Assembly (NCBI GenBank): GCA_040755995.1
Contig: JBFMAF010000031.1
Span: 83,108 to 147,107, forward strand
DNA: 64,000 bases
Source: Acidobacteriota bacterium
GTDB taxonomy: Bacteria; Acidobacteriota; CAIWXX01
Direction: 5' to 3'
Shown: positions 48,885 through 59,119 of the stretch, one piece after another
How positions within the stretch are numbered: position 1 is the first letter of the stretch
Layout: every line of letters starts with the position of its first letter
Notes under the pieces: generated by a model
The model's input: only the letters and a program-made list of their open reading frames with translations
Database searches by the model: none
Told to the model about the DNA's origin: nothing
Program-made: the position numbers and the translations under genes

Positions 48885-49802
48885 CTAGTCGTATGTCCAG
48901 CGGGCAACGCGGAATCCCAGGTATGCGGTGGTGTTGCCGTCGGTCGTGGAGCCTCGCGCGGCCGATCTGCAGCCGACAGCCGTCGCGTTCCAGCCGCCGC
49001 CGCGGATGACTCGTCCCGATCCGGTACCCGGCCCGAGCGGGCCTGCTCGGTCCGCGGATGCATAGGCGTTGGGATCGTACCAATCCCCGCACCACTCCCA
49101 AACGTTGCCGTGCATGTCATAGAGTCCCCATGCATTAGGCCGCTTCGCGGCGACCATGTGGGCGCTCCCACCTGAATCGCCTCCGGAATTCGTTTGGAAC
49201 CACGCGTAGTCACCCAGGCCGCCCGGGTCATCGCCGAAGCAGTAGTCGCCCTCGGTCCCGGCTCGACATGCGTACTCCCATTCGGCCTCTGTCGGCAGGT
49301 GGTAGCCCCTCTGTTTGACCGTGGAGTTCAACTTGGCGATGAATCCTCCGGCATCCCGGCACGAGATGTATACTGCGGGGCAGTCGTCGATCTCCGTTAC
49401 GTTGCTCTGTCCCGCCCATGGTCGAGTTCCCATCAACTTCTCCCATTGGCCTTGGGTGACCTCGGTCGCTCCGATGTAGAACCCGCGCTCGAAGGAGACT
49501 TCGTGCACCGGCCTCTCATTATCGGCGCCGCTCTCGCTCCCCATCATGAAGCTGCCTGCGCCGATGAAGACCAGCTCCATCCCGGTATTCGGCTCGACCA
49601 GCTTCTCCCCGGTCACGCGGCCGAGTGGATCGGGCTTCGCTGGAGCCGCCTTCCGACCGCTGCCCCTGTCACATCCCACCAAGCAGGGCAGTCCCAGTAG
49701 AATCGCGATGATGCCGGCTACGCGAATCTGATGCCACCGGCATCCTGAACGAGCTACCCACATCCCGTGCCCGCCATCCTCACCGAACATGATGCCCTCC
49801 AT
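48885..49802 (-). CDS. Formylglycine-generating-enzyme (SUMF1) domain lipoprotein
   Basis: F.MGS, ERPVHEV, TEVTQ.QW, LPTEAEWEYACRAG, PNAWGLYDMHGNVWEW, RGGGW, GFRV; LVGC lipobox; start uncertain. Confidence 0.92.
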   Translation of the reverse strand: MEGIMFGEDGGHGMWVARSGCRWHQIRVAGIIAILLGLPCLVGCDRGSGRKAAPAKPDPLGRVTGEKLVEPNTGMELVFIGAGSFMMGSESGADNERPVHEVSFERGFYIGATEVTQGQWEKLMGTRPWAGQSNVTEIDDCPAVYISCRDAGGFIAKLNSTVKQRGYHLPTEAEWEYACRAGTEGDYCFGDDPGGLGDYAWFQTNSGGDSGGSAHMVAAKRPNAWGLYDMHGNVWEWCGDWYDPNAYASADRAGPLGPGTGSGRVIRGGGWNATAVGCRSAARGSTTDGNTTAYLGFRVARWTYD

Positions 49803-49849
49803 AGCTAGCCGGCGCGAGCCGAAGCCAATGCCACGCAGCCGCTGGCCGG

Positions 49850-50971
49850 CTACGGACCTGTCCGTTCGACGTCGTAGGTGAAGTCGAGCCCCTCGGGCTG
49901 CACGATCTTGCGACCATCCTTGTAGAACTTGACCTCAGCCACCCACTCTGTCGGTGATTCCATACTGATGGTGTACCTGGTCTCGGCTCGCTCCTCCACC
50001 AGACCATCGGGAGGAACGACCCGAACGTTGCATACCTTCACCCGCAGTGAGCTCGGGAGCGGAGCGGGGTCGACGCTGTAAGCACCGACGTCGAAACCCG
50101 CAAACTGTGCGCCGGGGATGTTGGCCAAGGGATCCTTGATCAGGGCCCCCTCCTGTTGCTTCTGGTACGCTGACCACAGTGCGGGGAGCGAGAATTGCAG
50201 ATCCAAGTCCGCCGCGGGTACGGCGGTCTCTGGGATGGGTGGGATGGCCGCCTTCATGCGAGCCAAGATGCAGTCTTCGCCTTTGGCCTTCCTGAGCAGT
50301 GCCTCATACTCTCCGGCATCAGGCGCGGTCGTCGCCGGATATGCGAATTGGCACCTGAGCCGCGTGACCTGCTTCACGCTGACCCCGTTCTGCATGTCCA
50401 ACCAGAGCTGTGTGCCGCGCCGCTTCAATTCCACCCTGCGATCGAAGGTCTCCCGACGGCTTCCGTCCCAGTATTCCCTCGGGTCGACGTGGAAATCCAC
50501 GTCGGTGGTTCCAGAGAAGGAAACCCACCGTTCCTCCCGGTATTCGCACGCGATAGTCCATTTCGCCTTGTCTACGACGAGCCGGTCGTTCACATGGAAT
50601 TCCACGCTGTATGAGTTCTGAACCCCGTTGGGATCGGTGCGCGTGAAGCCGCCCGCGAAGGTCCCGCGGACGTCATATGGAAGATCATCCGGGTCGAAGC
50701 CCGGCTGCGCTGCCTTGCGGCCTTTTCCGCGCGGTGCCATAATGATGAGCAGCGCCAGGCCGACGACTGCCGCTCCGACGATCACCGGAATCCACGGAAC
50801 ATGGCGCGCTGTGGGGACAGGCTGCTGCGCGCGAGCAGGTGCTTGAGCGGGTCGAGGCGGCCCGCCGGCTGAGTATTTCGAGAAGATGATGCCACACCTC
50901 GGGCACGAATCAACCTTCGACGGATCAGTATCCTGAATCGCGTACCCGCATTTCGGGCACTCTGAGTACAT
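49850..50971 (-). CDS. Zinc-ribbon + TM + uncharacterised extracytoplasmic domain protein
   Basis: CPKC...CPRCGIIFSK, Pro/Ala linker, single TM helix; AGGAGG RBS. Confidence 0.8.
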   Translation of the reverse strand: MYSECPKCGYAIQDTDPSKVDSCPRCGIIFSKYSAGGPPRPAQAPARAQQPVPTARHVPWIPVIVGAAVVGLALLIIMAPRGKGRKAAQPGFDPDDLPYDVRGTFAGGFTRTDPNGVQNSYSVEFHVNDRLVVDKAKWTIACEYREERWVSFSGTTDVDFHVDPREYWDGSRRETFDRRVELKRRGTQLWLDMQNGVSVKQVTRLRCQFAYPATTAPDAGEYEALLRKAKGEDCILARMKAAIPPIPETAVPAADLDLQFSLPALWSAYQKQQEGALIKDPLANIPGAQFAGFDVGAYSVDPAPLPSSLRVKVCNVRVVPPDGLVEERAETRYTISMESPTEWVAEVKFYKDGRKIVQPEGLDFTYDVERTGP

Positions 50972-53207
50972 GAACGCCTCCTCTGAGAGCGCAGATCACT
51001 CTTCGACGCATCATCCTAGCGGAGATCAGATCCGGAGGGCAAGGGACTGCAGCACGCCGACACCCCGGCGTGCCCACGCCGTTGTTTGTGCTGCCGGGCA
51101 TGCTCTCACATGCCCGACGGGACTGTCGCGAGCCGCCCTGCGCCGAGGCTGACTCCAGGAGCCACTCAACAAGCTGGACGTAGTCGACGTCGGGGTTGTA
51201 GCCGGTCATGTGGAATCGGATCCGTCCCGAGGCATCGGCGACGAGAGTCGCCGGAATGCCATCGACGCCGAAGCGGTCGAAGGCATCAGGATCCAGGAGA
51301 ACAGGGAATGTGAACGGCTTGCCCTGAAGGAACTTCTGCACCCTGCTGGGCGGCTCCCCTGCGTTGATCGACCAGATGGAGAGTCGCGCGTCCTTGCTGT
51401 GCTTATCGTAGAACTTCTGGAACTCCGGCAGCTCCTGCACACACGGCTTGCACCACGTGGCCCAGAGGCTCAAGACCACGACCTTGTCCGCCGTTTCCTT
51501 GTTCGAAGCCTTGCGCTCGCCTCCCAACACGCTCAGCTCGAATGTCGGAACCGGCTTGGGCTCGATCGAATACATCTTCACAACCTCGGAACGAAGGTCG
51601 CCGCTCGCCGACTTCCTGAGCGCGGTGATGTAATCGTCCCAGCCGTTTTCGGATCCCGTCCTGGCGACGTACAGTGCCTTCAGGTCGGTCTCCACGTCCT
51701 TGCCGAGGAACGTCTGTCTGAAAGCGGTCTCGAGATGACTCTCGGCGGCAGCCCAATCCTTCTCCTGAGTGGCGATCTGCCCCAGTCGCTCGTGTGCTTC
51801 GGCAGCCCAGTCCTTGTCTTCGAGCAGCCTGTTGAGCACAGTCTTGGCCTCTCTGGCGCGACCGGCCTTGACATAGGCATCGGCCAGGATGCTGTCCGCT
51901 TCGCGCTCCAACATCGTGCGCACATCGGCGGGCAGCCCCGGTTGGGCTTTGGGGCCGCCAAAGGACTCCCTGCCGCGCTGCACCCACAAGATGGCCTTGT
52001 CGTACTCTCCCACACTCGTGTAGAAACGGGCGAGCTTGAGAGGGGCCTGGAGGTGGCCGGAGGACGGGGAATTCTGCAGGGCAGCGGCGTACTCGTCCAG
52101 CACCGGCACGAGCTTTGCGCGATCGTCCTGGACGGCTCGCGCGAGGATATCGTACATCCACACCTTCTCGCGCTGCTCCTTCGCCTCGGCAATCGCCTGG
52201 CGGAGCAGCGGCTCGGCTTCCGCCTGCTTGCCCTCGCTCAGCAGCTTCGTGGCCGCCTCCACCTTCCCCATCCTTCGCATGCTCGCTGCGTCAGGCGAAT
52301 CAGGGAACCGCTTGATGATTTCATCCCGAAGCGCTTCCGCGCGTTGCTGATCGCGTATTTCGCGGCTGTTCGCAATGTGCAACGCGCGTCTAAGGTCCAC
52401 CAACTCCCGGCCCTTCTTGTCGAGGATTGAGTCGATCTCGCGCCATACGTCCTCCGGTGTCGTCGGAGGCTTCTCCACCATCGACACCGCCTGGAGCTTG
52501 CAGCGCTTCACATCCAGCCGCTCAGGGTCGATCTTCTCGGCTCGAGCGACGGTGCCCAGTGCCGCCTCGTAGTCCCCGTTCCGGACTTGCAGCTGCGCCA
52601 TCGCGTTGAGAGGGTCAGTCCAGCCTGGATTCAGCTCGGTCGCCCGCTGGTACGCGGCCAATGCCTTGGCGGAGTTCTCTTCGGACGCCTCAGTGTAGTC
52701 GTAGGCCCACCCAAGCTCGTTCTGGACAACCTCGCTCGTAGGGTACTTCTTTGCAGCTTCGAGAAGCCAGGCGATCGCCTCCTCCGGGCTCTTGTCCACC
52801 AGATAGTACCCCTTGAGAGCGGCCAGAGATTCGTTGTCCGGGAATGCCTCGAGCCCGCGTTCGATTTCGGCGAGAGCCTCGACATCGCTGGCTTCCGACG
52901 CGAGCTCGGCACGCTCGACGTGGATCGCGGCAACGACGCCGAATCGCTTCTCCAGCTCATCAATCTTCGCCCTGAGCTCGTCGCCACGTAGCCGCCCACA
53001 GACACTCATGACGTACTCATCCACAACCACACCCGATGAGGAGCCCTTGGAGATCAGCGGCTCGAGGATCGCCAGCGCCTGGTCGGGATGCCCGTTGAGC
53101 CGCACCGCGCGGGCTCGTTGGATCAGCGCAGCAGTGTCCTCGTCAGCGGCGGCGGCGACGAGCGCCGCCAGGAGCATGGTGACAACGACGCGCAGCGTAT
53201 TTCGCAT
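50925..53207 (-). CDS. Secreted TPR protein with C-terminal TlpA/ResA-like thioredoxin domain
   Basis: Signal peptide, TPRs, WATWCKPC..ELP, GIP.T; long C-terminal tail overlaps the next gene. Confidence 0.9.
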   Translation of the reverse strand: MRNTLRVVVTMLLAALVAAAADEDTAALIQRARAVRLNGHPDQALAILEPLISKGSSSGVVVDEYVMSVCGRLRGDELRAKIDELEKRFGVVAAIHVERAELASEASDVEALAEIERGLEAFPDNESLAALKGYYLVDKSPEEAIAWLLEAAKKYPTSEVVQNELGWAYDYTEASEENSAKALAAYQRATELNPGWTDPLNAMAQLQVRNGDYEAALGTVARAEKIDPERLDVKRCKLQAVSMVEKPPTTPEDVWREIDSILDKKGRELVDLRRALHIANSREIRDQQRAEALRDEIIKRFPDSPDAASMRRMGKVEAATKLLSEGKQAEAEPLLRQAIAEAKEQREKVWMYDILARAVQDDRAKLVPVLDEYAAALQNSPSSGHLQAPLKLARFYTSVGEYDKAILWVQRGRESFGGPKAQPGLPADVRTMLEREADSILADAYVKAGRAREAKTVLNRLLEDKDWAAEAHERLGQIATQEKDWAAAESHLETAFRQTFLGKDVETDLKALYVARTGSENGWDDYITALRKSASGDLRSEVVKMYSIEPKPVPTFELSVLGGERKASNKETADKVVVLSLWATWCKPCVQELPEFQKFYDKHSKDARLSIWSINAGEPPSRVQKFLQGKPFTFPVLLDPDAFDRFGVDGIPATLVADASGRIRFHMTGYNPDVDYVQLVEWLLESASAQGGSRQSRRACESMPGSTNNGVGTPGCRRAAVPCPPDLISARMMRRRVICALRGGVHVLRVPEMRVRDSGY

Positions 53208-53271
53208 GAATCCTCCTCCCTTTCACCCACGTGGGTCGAGCCTGAAAAAGAAGCATTGCGTTCCGGAATCG

Positions 53272-56200
53272 TCAGAACCTGTGCAGGGCGAGCACCGTGC
53301 CATCAGTACCTGACCGCAAGGCGGCGATCGTATTTCCCACGCCGCAGACTTCCATCAGATGCTCGCCGATTGCGACCTTGATACCGCAACTGGTCGCAGT
53401 GCGCATCTCGAGATCCAGGATGATCACCGGAGGTTTGGATCTGTAGAGCAGCAGACGCTCTTGATCAATGCGTGCTCCGCGCCACCCGCTTCCCGGCATG
53501 GTCGCGATGCACCGCGACGGCCCTGTGGCCGAATCGATCTCCCAGACGTACGTCCGGCTCCGGGCGTCGGCGAGACAGTAGACCGCGTGGTCGTCGAAGG
53601 CGGGCTCGAGCACGACAAGCGGCAGGTCCGTCGTGCAGACGACTCGCGGCGTCTGGCCATCCATGGACACTACTTGAGTAGAGTACCCCGGGATCAAGAA
53701 ACCCATCACTGGATGCATGTTGAACTCATCTGACCCGAAGCGCGGCAGCACAGATACCGGCCCTTTCGGCATATAGTACAGGCTGCCGGCGGGCCACGTC
53801 CCGTCCTCGGGCCAGGCGAACCTCCGCTCTGATGTCTCCCGCCTACCCACCACACCCTCGACAACCACCATCTCGATCCGATCCGGAGATTCTGCCCTGA
53901 TGCCATTCCCGCAAAGCCGCCAGTGCGACGCGGGCGCGTCTACGGCGAGTCGCGCGGCTTGGAAGGTCGGCACGTTCGTCTGCCACTCGATTGCGTTCTC
54001 CCAGGTCAGCACCTGCAAGCCCGTGCCGGATGACCGGCGTCGCAGCACGAGCATCCGGCGATCGTCCAGGAAACGCAGCTCCTCGGCCTCAAACTCCCGC
54101 CTCTCGCCCGAGATGCGACCTACAAGGAAAACGCTTTCGGGTGCCTCGTGCACCGCCCTGCGCTCCGCACTGAATAGCGCATACATCTCACCACCTGGTG
54201 ATAGGCGCAGACCGTTCCCCGGTCGGCTCAGGGGTATCTCGCGGACCAGCGCAGCCGGCGCCCTCGTCCAGTGCAGCACTGGAGCCTCGCTCACGAGGGC
54301 GTCATGAGCGTACCGCTCGACAAACCACCCGGTGCTTACAACAAGCGGCAGCAGCCCCAGCAGCACTGACAACACGGCGGCCAGTCTCGCCGCGCGCCGC
54401 GGCATGAACAGCAGCGCGGCAGCGAGGCCGAAGAGCGAGAGCCAGGAAGTCGGCGCGCTGCTCGCAGCTTCGTGGAGCCTCAGAGCGCTCCGGCCCATCC
54501 CCAGCGCCAGCCCGGCCCACGAGAAGATCGCGATGATCGCGAGCACGGCCGCTATCACCCAGACGCCCGCGGCGCGGCGCTCGGGCTGCTTCCGCGCCAG
54601 ACGGATGGATTGCACGATCAAGACGGCGCCGCCCGCCGCCCACAGCGCGGCCACAAGCAGCGGCCATCCGGTGGGGACTGGAAGCGCGTTGTTCATGTAG
54701 CAGAAGACCGCGCCGCCCATTGCGCACACTCCGAGGGCCGCGGAGATCGCGGCGCGCGGGTAGAAGACGACGATGAGAGCCGGCAGTGCGACCGCGGCGA
54801 GGAGATTGCCGGTGAGCGCGCCCACGCAGAACATCGCGCTGGCGAGCACGACCTCGATCACGCGCCTGCCGGCAGTCCATGTTGCGGGCTTCGCCAGGCG
54901 GACATCGATCTTGTCGAGAAACGCCTGCACCGGTGCGACTTCGACGGGGTCGAGGCGAGCCCGGAGTTTGGCGCCGCGGCGGTCCGTCGTGACAAGCGAC
55001 GCATCGCCGCCGATTCCGACCTTCACTCGAAGCTCGCAGAGGTCTGCATACTGCTGGGCGGTGGTCTTCGTGTTACCGGCACGCAGCGAGGTCGCGTCGA
55101 GAGGAACGCCTGCGGGCACACCATCGAGCCATTCGATGTGATCCGTCTCCAAGATGAGCGCCCTGCCTGGGGACGTGCGGCGGCCTACCGCGAGAGGCGT
55201 CGTGCCGGGCGGCTCGGGCGGCGCCTCGGCGCTCTCGATATTCTGTATCCGGTGCGCCAGGCTTGGATGGGACAGGCGGCGTTCCATCTCGGGGTCGAGG
55301 CGGCGCGGGAAGCGGAGGAGCTGATGGAGCCTCGTAAGCGCGCGCGCCAGGGCATCGGGATCGCCACAGAGCTCCGCGGCGCGGCGATCGCTTTCGGCCT
55401 CCTTGGCCTTCTGCCCCGAAATTCTCACGATCAGGCCGGCGGCCACGATGAGAGGCCACAACCACGCGACCCACTGCGCCGGCCACGCCGTAAAGGTGCT
55501 GAGCACAGGGAGTGCGAAAGCCGAAAGAACGATGCCGGCGGTGTTCAAGAGGGTCAGGCGGAGCAGCCTGGCTCGATTGTAATGTTCCATGTGTGCAAGC
55601 TCATGCGCGTAAATCGCCGCGGTCTCGCGCGGTTCGAGCGCTTGCAGCAGATCGCGGGTGAAGAGGACCGCCGGCCTCAGCAGCGAAGGCAGCGCGAAAG
55701 CATTCACCCACCGGCCACCTGCAGGCCCCGCGGCGAACAACCCAGGCTGTTTCGCTGTTGAACGCGCCTGGATCTCGGCGAATCTAGCGAGCAGGTCTGC
55801 ATCGAGGAGCGGCGTTGCACCGATGAAGCGCAGGCAGAGTGGCCCATAGAACAGGTTCCAGATACACAGAACGCCGCCAAGCAATCCTGCTGCCCACCAT
55901 TGTCCAGCTCCGGCATCGATCACGAAGAGGGGTGCGGCGGCCAACAGAATCCAGAAGCCCGCGAATCCCAGAGTCACGCGAAGGACATGGTAGAGGTACG
56001 AGTGGATTCCCCACTGCTCCTCGAAGAGCCTCCTGCGCGCCGAGAACCAGCCAAGCAGATGGCAGAAGAGCAGGAGCAGCAGGAGCCAGGTGGCATGGGC
56101 CCAATTGGTGAACGTGATGAGGACGGCTGCGACAGCGGTCGCCTGCGTCGTGCGTCGCCTGAGCTCAACAAGCCTTTCGGCGAATGCCGGATCCTCCGGA

Positions 56201-56304
56201 CGCGCCACCAGCCGTCTGCCCCAGCGCCAGGTGATGAAGCCTGGAACGAGCGCGAGGAGCATCCCGAGCAGAATCCGCGGCAACTCGTTCAAGATGTCGA
56301 TCAT
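53272..56304 (-). CDS. M48 (HtpX/Ste24) family membrane zinc metalloprotease with long membrane and beta-rich extension
   Basis: NAFA, AHELAH, E..SD..A, L..AL..L, SHP...RI. Confidence 0.9.
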   Translation of the reverse strand: MIDILNELPRILLGMLLALVPGFITWRWGRRLVARPEDPAFAERLVELRRRTTQATAVAAVLITFTNWAHATWLLLLLLFCHLLGWFSARRRLFEEQWGIHSYLYHVLRVTLGFAGFWILLAAAPLFVIDAGAGQWWAAGLLGGVLCIWNLFYGPLCLRFIGATPLLDADLLARFAEIQARSTAKQPGLFAAGPAGGRWVNAFALPSLLRPAVLFTRDLLQALEPRETAAIYAHELAHMEHYNRARLLRLTLLNTAGIVLSAFALPVLSTFTAWPAQWVAWLWPLIVAAGLIVRISGQKAKEAESDRRAAELCGDPDALARALTRLHQLLRFPRRLDPEMERRLSHPSLAHRIQNIESAEAPPEPPGTTPLAVGRRTSPGRALILETDHIEWLDGVPAGVPLDATSLRAGNTKTTAQQYADLCELRVKVGIGGDASLVTTDRRGAKLRARLDPVEVAPVQAFLDKIDVRLAKPATWTAGRRVIEVVLASAMFCVGALTGNLLAAVALPALIVVFYPRAAISAALGVCAMGGAVFCYMNNALPVPTGWPLLVAALWAAGGAVLIVQSIRLARKQPERRAAGVWVIAAVLAIIAIFSWAGLALGMGRSALRLHEAASSAPTSWLSLFGLAAALLFMPRRAARLAAVLSVLLGLLPLVVSTGWFVERYAHDALVSEAPVLHWTRAPAALVREIPLSRPGNGLRLSPGGEMYALFSAERRAVHEAPESVFLVGRISGERREFEAEELRFLDDRRMLVLRRRSSGTGLQVLTWENAIEWQTNVPTFQAARLAVDAPASHWRLCGNGIRAESPDRIEMVVVEGVVGRRETSERRFAWPEDGTWPAGSLYYMPKGPVSVLPRFGSDEFNMHPVMGFLIPGYSTQVVSMDGQTPRVVCTTDLPLVVLEPAFDDHAVYCLADARSRTYVWEIDSATGPSRCIATMPGSGWRGARIDQERLLLYRSKPPVIILDLEMRTATSCGIKVAIGEHLMEVCGVGNTIAALRSGTDGTVLALHRF

Positions 56305-56462
56305 CTGTGCCTATACACTATCATAGAGGCGCAGGACGGTGTGCCGTTCAGGACGAAGCCTGTTGAGGACCGGTGAGGCGCTATGTAGACTTAGACTGGG
56401 CGCCAGTGAAGGCGGGAGAGTGGCACGCAAGATCGAAAGCAGCGACAGCAAGAGGTGATCGC

Positions 56463-57500
56463 TTGGAGCAGGCATCGACGGCCGAGATTCGCTTGCTCCG
56501 GGAGTCGCTGCTTCAGGAGCCTGTGGGGAGCAGAGTGCGGTGCAACGTCTGCGAGCGTCGATGCGCGATCGTCCGCGGTGGCTGGGGCTGGTGCCGAACC
56601 CGGCTGAACCGTGAAGGCAGGCTGATGACGCGTATCTACGGGGCCGTCTCATCGATTTCGGCCAATCCGATCGAGAAGAAGCCGCTGTATCACTTCTACC
56701 CCGGGACGTTCGCACTCACGGCGGGCAGCTGGTCGTGCAACTTCGGATGCCCGTGGTGCCAGAACTGGGACGTCAGCAAGACACCTCCGAGCGACAGCGG
56801 GCAGTACGTCCCTCCCGAGGGCTTCGTAAGCATGGCCGAGCGGGCCGGATGCGGTGGCACGTCGATCTCGTTCAACGAGCCGACGCTGTCGCTGGAGTGG
56901 TCGCTCGACGTGTTCCGGTTGGCGCGGTATCGCAGCCTCTACAACACGTTCGTGACCAACGGCTATATGACGGCGGAGTCCCTGACACTGCTGATCGAGG
57001 CAGGCCTGGGCGCAATGAATGTGGACATCAAGGGCGATGCTGCGTCGGTGCGAACGCTGTGCAAGGGGATCGACGTGGAGAAGGTGTGGAGGAATTGCGA
57101 GATGGCCTGGCGCAACGGAGTGCACCTCGAAATCACGACGCTCGTGATCCCCGGCGTGAACGACGACGAGCAGACGCTTCGATCGATCGCAGACCGCCTC
57201 GTCGCCTCCCTCGGGCCCTCCTGTCCGTGGCACGTCACGCGCTATCATCCGGACTATCGGTTCGCAGCGGCGGCTACACCGGTCGCCACACTGGAGCGCG
57301 CGCGGGAAATCGGGATGGAAGCGGGTCTGCAGTTCGTGTACGTGGGGAACGTCCCAGGTCACCGCTACGAGAGCACATACTGCCCCCGCTGCGGAACGCT
57401 GCTGATCGATCGAGCAGGGTTGAAGATTCGAGCGAAGCCACTCAAAGGCTGCACCTGCCCGCAGTGCGGCGAACCGATCGCCGGCGCGTGGGGAGCTTGA
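56463..57500 (+). CDS. AmmeMemoRadiSam system radical SAM enzyme (PFL-activating-enzyme-like)
   Basis: C..C...C N-terminal cluster, NPIEKKPLYHF.PG, CNFGCPWCQN, FNEPT, VTNGY, YVGNVPG, CP.CG; TTG 56463 after GAGGTG. Confidence 0.92.
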   Translation: MEQASTAEIRLLRESLLQEPVGSRVRCNVCERRCAIVRGGWGWCRTRLNREGRLMTRIYGAVSSISANPIEKKPLYHFYPGTFALTAGSWSCNFGCPWCQNWDVSKTPPSDSGQYVPPEGFVSMAERAGCGGTSISFNEPTLSLEWSLDVFRLARYRSLYNTFVTNGYMTAESLTLLIEAGLGAMNVDIKGDAASVRTLCKGIDVEKVWRNCEMAWRNGVHLEITTLVIPGVNDDEQTLRSIADRLVASLGPSCPWHVTRYHPDYRFAAAATPVATLERAREIGMEAGLQFVYVGNVPGHRYESTYCPRCGTLLIDRAGLKIRAKPLKGCTCPQCGEPIAGAWGA

Positions 57501-57566
57501 TAGTGCTCGGTGCGCTGTGCCGTCTTCGAAGCAGGTGCACTCCAGATCCTGTGCGTCCGTCATGGA

Positions 57567-57598
57567 GCAGACGCGGAGACACGGTGACGTGGAGACGC
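57567..57598 (+). repeat. Short tandem octamer repeat (G(G/C)(A/T)GAC(G/A)(C/T) x4)
   Basis: gcagacgc ggagacac ggtgacgt ggagacgc; similar unit at 29556-29571. Confidence 0.55.
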
Positions 57599-57693
57599 CG
57601 TGAAGACATCACGGCTGTTCACACTTCCTGTTCAAAACACCCCGGGCGGCGAGCCACACGAGCGCGACCCCGGGGCGAAAGGGGATTCAGGAA

Positions 57694-58044
57694 ATGAACC
57701 CACCTACGATTGAGGACTATGGGTTTGGCCACATCGTGATCGACGGACGGCGATTCACAAAGGATGTGATCATCTTCCCGGACCGAGTGTCCGATAATTG
57801 GTGGCGTATCCAGGGACATTCACTCGCAATGGCCGACCTGGACGAGGTGGTTCGGAACCCACCCGAAGTGCTGGTCGTGGGGCAGGGCCGCTTCGGCAAA
57901 ATGGACGTGCCCGAAACCACACGGGCTGCTGTTGAGGCGCTCGGGATCGAGCTCGTCGCCGAGTCGACGGCGCAGGCCTGCCAGACCTACAACCACCTGC
58001 GGGGCACGCGGCGAGCGGTCGCGGCCCTGCACCTGACCTGCTGA
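57694..58044 (+). CDS. Mth938-like (DUF498) domain protein
   Basis: Y.FG.I.IDG..F..DVII.PD.V..WW...GH.L, PEVLVVG.G, T..AC..YN, AALHLTC. Confidence 0.92.
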   Translation: MNPPTIEDYGFGHIVIDGRRFTKDVIIFPDRVSDNWWRIQGHSLAMADLDEVVRNPPEVLVVGQGRFGKMDVPETTRAAVEALGIELVAESTAQACQTYNHLRGTRRAVAALHLTC

Positions 58045-58277
58045 GCAAGGCACTGGTATGTGACCACGCACTCGAAACTCTGAAGCGCCGGCAAGTGTCT
58101 ACGCCGCGCGACCCCGAATCACCTCACCATGTTCCACCCGCCCGTCGCAAGGGTGCAGCGCTTGGCGTCCGCTATTCTCCCGGCAGATCGCGGGCTGATC
58201 GACAGAAAGGACAGATCACGATCTTCGCCGTATCGTGAAATACCCATCGCTGATCCCGACGCAGCCGTACTGAGTTG

Positions 58278-58565
58278 TCACCATGATCTGGTAGTCGCTT
58301 CCAGGAACCGTTGATTTCGGTATTCTCCATCGCAACGCACCCTTCCGACATCGGCAGGAATTCCCCCTGCCAGCAGTCGCTCCAGCTCATCCAGGTCTTC
58401 GTGGTAGATGGCTGCAGCCAGCCTGGCCGACTGCTCGCTCTCCGGCATCCGGGCCTCATAGGTGCTCGAAAGGAAGCAGGCAGCGCCCATGAAGCCGTGC
58501 ATCAGCAGAAAGAAGACGATACCGAAAACCGCGGGTGCGCGACTCGCGGACTTGAATCTCCGCAT
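58278..58565 (-). pseudogene. Truncated signal-peptide/TM protein with the start of an ankyrin-like repeat
   Basis: Hydrophobic stretch then LAAAIYHEDLDELERLLAGGIPADV; breaks off afterwards. Confidence 0.4.
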
Positions 58566-59081
58566 GGCCCCTTCGGCATTCCCGGGTATCAACCGGATCG
58601 GCACTCCGGAATTCTTCCCGTAGACGACGGCGTGCTTTGCTGCGGCATAGGTGCCCATGGCACACGCTTCCGCTCCGGGTCTCACGACCGTCTCTGTGAC
58701 GTCGTGATGGTCTTGAAGCTGTACCGGTTCCCGATGTCCTTGCGCACGGCGCCGTCTTCATCGCCGAGGAGATATTCGTATTGTGCGAAGAGGTCACTCA
58801 GCTTCCCGAGACTCACACTGCGGTACCCCGCCGACGCAACGTACTCCGCCGCTCTCCTGCGCTGCTCCGGCGCGCTGGTGCGTCGATGGCTGGCCGGCGT
58901 CGTTCGCCGTGGAGCGCCACGGCTCCCTTTTTTCGCGTATACCAAGAAAAGGGATCTGCCAACGCACTTACTGAATAGGAGGAGAGGTTTATAAACCGGT
59001 TGATATCTACTCAACTGTTCGACTGGAGTGACAGTGTTGATCGGCTTCAAGCCAAATTCCACAAAAAGATGTTTCAACCAC

Positions 59082-59110
59082 TTGACAACTGCGATTGACT
59101 GTTTTATATC
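59082..59110 (+). promoter_or_regulatory. Sigma70 promoter in an AT-rich intergenic tract upstream of the TPR-cohesin/RHS genes
   Basis: TTGACA-17-TATATC. Confidence 0.65.
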
Positions 59111-59119
59111 TAGGTAGAT

